Source of the DNA: Bacillota bacterium
GTDB taxonomy: Bacteria; Bacillota; UBA994
Direction: 5' to 3'
Length of the DNA stretch: 33,730 nucleotides
Assembly (NCBI GenBank): GCA_018725275.1
Contig: QLUC01000003.1
Span: forward strand, 1 to 33,730
How positions within the stretch are numbered: position 1 is the stretch's first letter; every line of letters starts with the position of its first letter. The translations under genes were made by a program, and so were the position numbers. Below the pieces are notes generated by a model. The model searched no databases. It was given only the letters and a program-made list of their open reading frames with translations, and had not been told where the DNA came from. Of the stretch, positions 27,605 through 33,730 are shown one piece after another.

Positions 27605-28451
27605 GCAGCGTTTAGGAAAGGGCTTACAGGCCTTGATTACCGACATGGAGTCCGCTGCCAATGAGGGTGTATTGCAGATTGCCCTCGAGCGCATTTTGCC
27701 CAATCCTCATCAGCCGCGGAAGATTTTTGCCGATGAGGAGTTAAAAGAGTTAGCCGATTCCATTCGTCAACATGGTGTCATCCAGCCCATCACGGTCCGG
27801 TTGAGGGGCGATGTTTACGAATTGGTGGTGGGTGAGCGGCGGCTGCGGGCCTCTAGGCTGGCTGGTTTGCGCGAGATTCCCGCCTTGGTCAGGGAGATGA
27901 CCGATTTAGAGAGCGCGGAAATAGCCATTATTGAAAATTTACAGCGAGAGGACCTTAACCCACTCGAGGAGGCCGCAGCTTTTAACCACCTTTTAGCTGA
28001 ACTCGGCTATACGCAGGAGAAGATAGCTATTCGCCTCGGCAAGAGCCGCTCCCATGTGGCCAACACCCTGCGTTTATTGGCACTGCCCCAGCTGGCAGCG
28101 GACCTTATGTTAAAGGGGCAACTGAGCGCCGGACAGGCGAGGGCAGTTTTGGCTGTTCCAGAGCATCTCCGCGAGTCCTTCGCCTTGCGCATTGCCAGCC
28201 AGGGATTGACCGTTCGGGAAGCGGAAAAGGCTGCTCATCGCCTGCAAAATGTTTCACGTGAAACAACAGCCTCGAAAACAAGGAGCGTGCTCTCGCTGGA
28301 GTACCGCGAGGCGGAGGGCCGTCTGCGGGACTGCCTGCAAACCAAGGTGGAACTCAAACACCAAGGACCGGGGGGCACTATAGAAATCGCCTATCATAAC
28401 TCCGAGGAATTGGAGCGCTTAATGGAGCTAATGCTCAGGCAGGGGAGTTAG
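27597..28451 (+). CDS. parB: Chromosome partitioning protein ParB/Spo0J
   Basis: RLGKGLQALI, GERRLRA, ENLQREDLNP and KSRSHVANTLRL; GTG 27597 overlaps the end of parA. Confidence 0.97.
   Translation: MLKQRLGKGLQALITDMESAANEGVLQIALERILPNPHQPRKIFADEELKELADSIRQHGVIQPITVRLRGDVYELVVGERRLRASRLAGLREIPALVREMTDLESAEIAIIENLQREDLNPLEEAAAFNHLLAELGYTQEKIAIRLGKSRSHVANTLRLLALPQLAADLMLKGQLSAGQARAVLAVPEHLRESFALRIASQGLTVREAEKAAHRLQNVSRETTASKTRSVLSLEYREAEGRLRDCLQTKVELKHQGPGGTIEIAYHNSEELERLMELMLRQGS
28250..28265. promoter_or_regulatory. parS centromere-like site
   Basis: Perfect palindrome TGTTTCACGTGAAACA inside parB. Confidence 0.96.
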
Positions 28452-28452
28452 T

Positions 28453-29598
28453 ATGAAGAAGCAGGTCTACTTGGATAATGCGGCCACCACTTGGCCGAAG
28501 CCTTTTTCGGTGGGTGAGGCCATGGCTGCCTTCCTCCGCGATGGTGCCGCCAATCCAGGTCGCGGGGGTCACAGCCTGTCCTTGGCGGCCGGCAGGTCCG
28601 TCTTCGCCTGCCGCCAGCAACTGGCGGCACTACTCGGGGTGAAAGATGCCTCACGGCTGGTGTTCACCGCCAATGCCACGCAGGCTTTGAATATAGCCTT
28701 GTTGGGAGTGCTTCGCCCCGGGGATCACTGTATTACCACCTCTATGGAGCACAATGCTGTAGTTCGTCCCTTGCACCACTTAGCGCAGCAGGGGGTTGAA
28801 GTGACCGTGGTGCCGGGTACCAGCGATGGTTCAGTGGAGACCGCGTTAGTGGCAGCGGCCATTCGTCCCAACACCCGTCTAATCGCCATGACCCATGCCT
28901 CGAATGTTTGCGGCACGCTCTTGCCCATAGCGGAGATCGGCGCGGTGGCGAGGCAGGCAAAATTGCTCTTGCTCGTTGATGCTGCCCAGACGGCGGGGGT
29001 CTTCCCCATAGACGTCGAGCAGATGGGGATAGACATGTTGGCGGTGCCCAGCCACAAATCGCTCCTTGGTCCGCCCGGTCTCGGGGCACTCTTTGTGGGG
29101 CCGCGGGTCCTCCATATTGCCCCGCTTGTTTACGGTGGGACAGGGAGTTTTTCTGCCGAGGCCGAGATGCCGCAAGTTTTTCCCGACCGCCTGGAGGCTG
29201 GCACCTTAAATACGGTCGGGATTGTAGGGCTGGCAGCGGGGCTGGACTACCTCGCCACGCGGGGCATGCCCGATATCTATCGCCACGAGAGTGGCTTAAT
29301 CCGGCAGTTGCGTAGTGGCCTAGAAAGCATAGCCAAGGTGAGGCTCTATGGTCAGTCCCTAGGTGCCCCCATCGTGGCCTTCAACATTCTGGACATGGGT
29401 TCGACGGAAGTGGCTCATATTCTGGATGGAGAATTTGGCATAGCCACTCGGGCAGGTCTACACTGCGCCCCCCTCGCTCACCAGACGCTGGGCACAAGCA
29501 AGCAGGGCGTGGTAAGGGTTAGCCCCGGACCATTTTCCACCGAAAATGACATCGATTTGCTTCTGGAGGCAGTTTTAGAGATAGCGCGGGTGAGTTAG
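28453..29598 (+). CDS. Cysteine desulfurase family protein (class V aminotransferase, SufS/Csd-like)
   Basis: YLDNAATT, MEHNAV, DAAQTAG, PSHKSLLGP (PLP Lys) and RAGLHCAP (catalytic Cys). Confidence 0.92.
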   Translation: MKKQVYLDNAATTWPKPFSVGEAMAAFLRDGAANPGRGGHSLSLAAGRSVFACRQQLAALLGVKDASRLVFTANATQALNIALLGVLRPGDHCITTSMEHNAVVRPLHHLAQQGVEVTVVPGTSDGSVETALVAAAIRPNTRLIAMTHASNVCGTLLPIAEIGAVARQAKLLLLVDAAQTAGVFPIDVEQMGIDMLAVPSHKSLLGPPGLGALFVGPRVLHIAPLVYGGTGSFSAEAEMPQVFPDRLEAGTLNTVGIVGLAAGLDYLATRGMPDIYRHESGLIRQLRSGLESIAKVRLYGQSLGAPIVAFNILDMGSTEVAHILDGEFGIATRAGLHCAPLAHQTLGTSKQGVVRVSPGPFSTENDIDLLLEAVLEIARVS

Positions 29599-29600
29599 GA

Positions 29601-30275
29601 ATGTTGGGAACAATAGTCAATGCTCTGGCCATTGCCGTGGGAGCTCTGCTCGGGCTGGTATTACGCGGGGGCATTAGCGAAAAGAGTAAGGAGACAGTGC
29701 TGCATGGCCTAGGTTTGGCAGTTATGCTCATTGGTCTGACTAAGGCACTAGAGACGGGTAACCCGCTGATTGTCATCGGCAGCCTCGTCCTCGGAGGACT
29801 GACCGGTGAGTGGCTCGACATAGAAGGGCGACTGTACAGTCTCGCCCAGGCGCTGGAGAAAAGGTTTATGCGGGGCGAGAGTCAAATAGGGCAAGCTTTT
29901 GTCACTACCAGCCTCATTTACTGTGTTGGGGCGATGGCGATAACGGGAAGCCTTGAAAGCGGTTTGACCGGCAACCATGCCACTCTCTTCGCCAAGGCAA
30001 TGCTTGATGGGGTGTCGGCGATAGTGTTTGCCTCCACCATGGGTGTGGGGGTAGTCTTCTCTGCTGTTGCGGTCTTTTTCTACCAAGGGGGCATAACCTT
30101 GCTCGCCGGCACGATTGCACAGTGGTTGACCGCCGCTGCGATTCGCGAAATGTCGGCCACAGGGGGCCTCCTCATTTTAGCCATTGGCATCAATATTCTG
30201 GAGCTCAAGAAAATACGCCTGGGCAATCTTTTGCCGGCCATGTTCTATGCGGTGGTATTGACGCAGCTGTTTTAG
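29601..30275 (+). CDS. DUF554 (YdfK-like) membrane protein
   Basis: MLGTIVNA.AI, GEWLDIE, FVTTSLIYCVGAMAI.GS, KAMLDG and NLLPA. Confidence 0.9.
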   Translation: MLGTIVNALAIAVGALLGLVLRGGISEKSKETVLHGLGLAVMLIGLTKALETGNPLIVIGSLVLGGLTGEWLDIEGRLYSLAQALEKRFMRGESQIGQAFVTTSLIYCVGAMAITGSLESGLTGNHATLFAKAMLDGVSAIVFASTMGVGVVFSAVAVFFYQGGITLLAGTIAQWLTAAAIREMSATGGLLILAIGINILELKKIRLGNLLPAMFYAVVLTQLF

Positions 30276-30349
30276 ATGGTAGAGCAATAGATGATGGCGG
30301 GATTTTTTGGTATACTAATAATGGGACAATTATAGAAAGAGGGTGCAGT

Positions 30350-30694
30350 ATGCCAAATTTTGCCAATCCATTCCAAGGGAATGTCAACAGGAAAATTACC
30401 AAGGAGGAGCTCATCCAGGCCATCCGTCTCAACATCGCCGGCGAACTAGAAGCGATATTTGTCTATGACGCCCATGTGCTAGCCACCGACGACCCTGTAG
30501 CTAAAAAGGTGATAGGTGACATTAGGGATGAAGAGAAAGTCCATGTAGGCGAATTGATGGCCCTCTTGCGCTACTTAGACCCCGAGGAAGCCGAGCACTT
30601 TGCCGAGGGCGAAGGCGAAGTCAGAGCAATGTTAACGGCCCTGGGGATGCCAACCAATAATCGTCCAACCATCGGCAGCCTAAAAAAAGAGTAG
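30350..30694 (+). CDS. Encapsulin-associated ferritin-like protein with C-terminal cargo-loading peptide
   Basis: ELEAIFVY...IRDEEKVH ferroxidase-type ligands and C-terminal PTIGSLK; ATG 30350 after GAGGG; directly upstream of the encapsulin gene. Confidence 0.88.
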   Translation: MPNFANPFQGNVNRKITKEELIQAIRLNIAGELEAIFVYDAHVLATDDPVAKKVIGDIRDEEKVHVGELMALLRYLDPEEAEHFAEGEGEVRAMLTALGMPTNNRPTIGSLKKE

Positions 30695-30707
30695 GGAGGT
30701 GTAGGGG

Positions 30708-31544
30708 ATGGAATTCTTACTGCGCAAGGATGCTCCTTTCACCCCGGAGCAATGGGAGAAAATAGACGAAACAGTGGTTAAAATCGCCCGCCAAGTGCTC
30801 GTGGGGAGGCGTTTTATCAGCCTTTACGGACCGCTGGGGGCGGGGGTGCAGAGCATCAACGTAGATACTTTCACAGCCACAAACTGTGGGCAGATAGATT
30901 TTTTCGGCGAAGACGAATGCGGCCCCTTAGCCGTTCGGAGCCGCTGTTTTGTCGAGATACCCATGGTTTACAAGGATTTAAAAATCGCTTGGCGAGACCT
31001 AGAACATAGCAATCAGTATGGGTTGCCATTAGACTTGTCCAGTCTAATCGGCGCGGCTGCCATCTGCGCCAAGAAGGAAGACGAGCTCATTTTTCTCGGC
31101 AACCCAGAGCTTGGTTATGAGGGGCTTTTGACGGCAGCGGGAGTGTGCCGCATTGCCAAGGGAAACTGGAGCGAGGGAGAAAGCGCTTTTCTCGATGTAG
31201 CCCAGGGGATTGAATTATTGGTTGGGCAGGGCCTAGTCAGCAACTTCGCCTTGGTGGTCAGCCCTGATCTGTATCGGCAGATGCAGAGAGTACAGCCCCA
31301 TACCGGGCTCTTGGAGTCGGAGCGCGTCGGGAAGCTCGTGGAGGGGCATTTGTTCCAAAGCGCGGTGCTAGGCACAAACAGTGCCGTTTTAGTCTGCAGT
31401 GAGGCGCAAAACATGGACCTTGTCATCGGACAGGACATGATTACCGGCTACCTCGGCCCGGATAGACTCAACCACACCCTCAGAGTGCTCGAGACGGCCC
31501 TCTTGAGGATCAAAAGAAAAGACGCCATCGTGGTCTTCGGCTAA
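30708..31544 (+). CDS. Family 1 encapsulin shell protein (Linocin M18 type)
   Basis: MEFLLRKDAPFTPEQWEKID...LVGRRF..LYGPLG, AKKEDELIFLG...GLL, DLVIGQD..GY and ET...RIK..DAIV; 278 aa. Confidence 0.95.
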   Translation: MEFLLRKDAPFTPEQWEKIDETVVKIARQVLVGRRFISLYGPLGAGVQSINVDTFTATNCGQIDFFGEDECGPLAVRSRCFVEIPMVYKDLKIAWRDLEHSNQYGLPLDLSSLIGAAAICAKKEDELIFLGNPELGYEGLLTAAGVCRIAKGNWSEGESAFLDVAQGIELLVGQGLVSNFALVVSPDLYRQMQRVQPHTGLLESERVGKLVEGHLFQSAVLGTNSAVLVCSEAQNMDLVIGQDMITGYLGPDRLNHTLRVLETALLRIKRKDAIVVFG

Positions 31545-31585
31545 AGAAGGCGCCTCGCAAAAAAGCGAGGCGCCTTCTTTATTTT
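31542..31585. terminator. Bidirectional intrinsic terminator
   Basis: 17-bp perfect inverted repeat TAAAGAAGGCGCCTCGC-aaaaaa-GCGAGGCGCCTTCTTTA between convergent genes. Confidence 0.92.
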
Positions 31586-31603
31586 GTTAATTGAACAGTT
31601 AAA

Positions 31604-33580
31604 TTACCGCCTTATATACCAAGCTTCGCTAAACCAAGCACCGATGGGCCCCCACTGTACTCCCTGCACGCGATTGGCGATCGCCGTGACCACCGTGCGT
31701 TGGAAGATCCAAATATAGGGTAGCTCGTGATTCAAAATGCGGTCAAGCTCATGGTAGAGGCGCCGTCTTTCGGCGAGATCCATGGTGGCGCGTCCAGCCT
31801 CTATCAGTCTGTCGGCCTCGGCATTACGGAACTGGCCGCGGTTAAACCCTGGCACAACGCCGGCTGGATTTCTCACCGCTTGGGAGGAGTGGAAGAAGGA
31901 AAAACCACTAGGGTCAAGCCCAAGAGCCCAACCGATGAGCACCATGTCATACTCCACCCGACTAAAACGGGCGAGCATCACGGACCACTCGAGGATTTCG
32001 GTCACCAGTTCTACCCCGATGCGCTTCCAGTAGCTTTCGGCGAGGGCGGCGATATCGGCACGGATGGCATTCCCCGCATTGGTCATGAGGCGCAAGGTCA
32101 AACGCTGGCCGTCCTTCATGCGCACTCCATCACGGCTACCCGCCGGCACGCGCCATCCGGCGGCATCGAGCATCTGACGCGCTCGCACCGCACTGTGAGT
32201 GTAGGGGTTCAGTCCCTCGGCCCCGGTAGCCCAAGAAGTCGGCACTTGGTGAGCGTGGATGACCTGCCCTCGCCGGTCGAGGACAGTGTCGACCAAGGCC
32301 CGACGGTCAAGTCCCACTACCAGGGCCTCGCGCACGCGGCGGTCACTGAGGATGGGATGCTCAAGGTTGAAGCTCACATAGTCATAACCGTGGCTTGGTA
32401 CCTCTCTAAAGTAGGCACGCTGAGCATGTTCGCGCATGATGCGGTCAATGTGGTCAGTGAGCAGCGCGCCAAACCAGTCAATGTCGCCATTTTCCCAAGC
32501 AGCCTGCATGACATTGATATCCGGGTAGGTGCGGGTGATAACGCTCTGAATGTAGGGCCTCCCTCCGCCTTGGAAGAAGTCTGGGTTGCGGGTCAGCTCC
32601 ACGAATTGTCCGGATACCCAGCGGGTAAAAAGGTAGGGGCCGTTCCCCATGGGCGCACGGCTCGTGGGGTGGGCACGGTGCTCCCGCACCGGTACATGGC
32701 CTAAGATGTGGTGTGGAATCAACCCCAGGCCGATGTTAAATAAGAAGGCGGAGTCAATCTGTCGCATTCTAAAATCGACAATATGGTCGCTGACCGCGAT
32801 GATCTCTTGCACATGAATTACCGCCGGACGGCGAGGGCCGTCGTATTCGGCATGCGCTATGGTGTCGAAGGTGAATTTTACGTCGCGAGCGGTCACCGGG
32901 GTGCCGTCATGCCACCTGACGTTCGGGTTCAACCAAAAACGCCAAATCAGCGCTGTTTGATCCCATGTCCAGCGATCGGCGATGGCATTCATGGGCTGGA
33001 GGTTTACATCGCTCCGCACTAAGCCCCAGGTGGTGCGTCCGTGAATGGCCGCCGAGGCGGTGTCTGTGGAGAGGATGGGGTTTAAGATCACCGGGTCAGC
33101 AATAGATCCGAGCGCTAGGGTGCCACCAACGGGTGGAGGCACGTAGGGGGTGTGAGTAATAGTGACGGTTGGGGGGGCGTCCTGCCAAGCGACCTCGGCA
33201 CCAAGGGCCTCAGCCACGAAGCGCAGAGGAACCATGGTGCGACCTTCGACAATGACCGGCGGAACTGCCAGTTGCACCGGCGGCCCGTTGACCCAGGCGG
33301 TGGTGCTGCCGATGGTAAGGACTATGGCGCGTTCGCGCCGGTAGGCGGTAACAGTGCTGGTGGCCTGGTCCCAGTGTACTCTGGCCCCTAGCGCTTCAAA
33401 GATAGCGCGCATAGGAACGAGCGTGCGACCGTTTTGAATGACCGGTGCGACTTCTAAGACTAAGGGGCTTGCGTTAATGAGTACGCGTATCGGCCCCTGG
33501 GCAACAACTGGCGGGATGCCGATGAACAACGCCGCCAGCAAAGAAAGTATGGAAACGACCAGCAAAACGTGTTTACCCAA
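31604..33580 (-). CDS. Family 5 (peptide/nickel) ABC substrate-binding protein fused to an N-terminal Cu-amine-oxidase-N (stalk) domain
   Basis: Cys-free signal peptide; GRTLVPMRAIFEALGA and GRTMVPLRFVAEALGA repeats; SBP5 motifs WHDGTPVTARDVKFTF, GNGPY and DRRVREAL...LDR; TTG start after AAGGAGGGG. Confidence 0.9.
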   Translation of the reverse strand: MGKHVLLVVSILSLLAALFIGIPPVVAQGPIRVLINASPLVLEVAPVIQNGRTLVPMRAIFEALGARVHWDQATSTVTAYRRERAIVLTIGSTTAWVNGPPVQLAVPPVIVEGRTMVPLRFVAEALGAEVAWQDAPPTVTITHTPYVPPPVGGTLALGSIADPVILNPILSTDTASAAIHGRTTWGLVRSDVNLQPMNAIADRWTWDQTALIWRFWLNPNVRWHDGTPVTARDVKFTFDTIAHAEYDGPRRPAVIHVQEIIAVSDHIVDFRMRQIDSAFLFNIGLGLIPHHILGHVPVREHRAHPTSRAPMGNGPYLFTRWVSGQFVELTRNPDFFQGGGRPYIQSVITRTYPDINVMQAAWENGDIDWFGALLTDHIDRIMREHAQRAYFREVPSHGYDYVSFNLEHPILSDRRVREALVVGLDRRALVDTVLDRRGQVIHAHQVPTSWATGAEGLNPYTHSAVRARQMLDAAGWRVPAGSRDGVRMKDGQRLTLRLMTNAGNAIRADIAALAESYWKRIGVELVTEILEWSVMLARFSRVEYDMVLIGWALGLDPSGFSFFHSSQAVRNPAGVVPGFNRGQFRNAEADRLIEAGRATMDLAERRRLYHELDRILNHELPYIWIFQRTVVTAIANRVQGVQWGPIGAWFSEAWYIRR

Positions 33581-33730
33581 AACAAATCCCCCTCCTTCAA
33601 ATTAAATCCTTCGATGGCAAAAAGAGCCGGTGCCGTGCGATTGCTAGCAACACCTCCTTAGTCCTTGATTACTGCGCAATTTCCAAGTCGCACTACCTAT
33701 GACTATAGATAAAGTATAGTGCCGTGCAGA

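Noticed and set aside
28453-29598. Cysteine desulfurase as encapsulin cargo
   Set aside because: Desulfurase cargo is typical of family 2A shells and has a long disordered N-terminal targeting region. This shell is family 1 and the enzyme has no extension or cargo peptide.
30318-30334. Fur/PerR box upstream of the ferritin-like gene (ATAAT-GGGACA-ATTAT)
   Set aside because: The 6-nt spacer fits neither the Fur nor the PerR geometry; too weak to call.
30122-30349. N-terminal extensions in the ORF track (ferritin-like; also yidC, yidD, jag, parB, dehydratase, csoR)
   Set aside because: They overlap upstream genes or promoters; downstream starts have a clear RBS and match family N-termini.
31727-32704. 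325-aa plus-strand ORF antisense to the SBP gene
   Set aside because: No recognisable motifs or RBS; explained as a shadow frame of a GC-rich, codon-biased gene.

Overview
This is the chromosomal replication-origin region of an endospore-forming Bacillota (Firmicutes) bacterium, most likely clostridia-like. The core is the conserved cluster gyrA-gyrB-remB-recF-yaaA-dnaN-[oriC unwinding site]-dnaA on the minus strand, and rpmH-rnpA-yidD-yidC-jag-mnmE-mnmG-rsmG-noc-parA-parB-csd-DUF554 on the plus strand. It contains degenerate DnaA boxes, a DnaA-trio element, Spo0A boxes and a perfect parS inside parB. The left flank holds yyaC, an NrdR-regulated class II ribonucleotide reductase, a DUF4446/M23/bactofilin/lipid-kinase run, an ACT-less threonine dehydratase, a GT2 glycosyltransferase with a ~200-aa insert, and a CsoR/RcnR-DUF3147 pair. 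The right flank holds a family 1 encapsulin with ferritin-like cargo and a peptide-binding protein fused to a Cu-amine-oxidase-N domain. I saw no CRISPR array, RNA gene or mobile element, and no clearly new multi-gene system. The most unusual signals are at residue and motif level: a YidC whose groove Arg appears moved from TM1 to TM5, a beta-clamp with a rewritten peptide pocket, gyrase with non-canonical quinolone-pocket residues, an almost lysine-free exported protein, a palindrome that may be both operator and antisense terminator, and a probable oriC-centred inversion. All alignments were done by eye against remembered consensus motifs and need computational confirmation.
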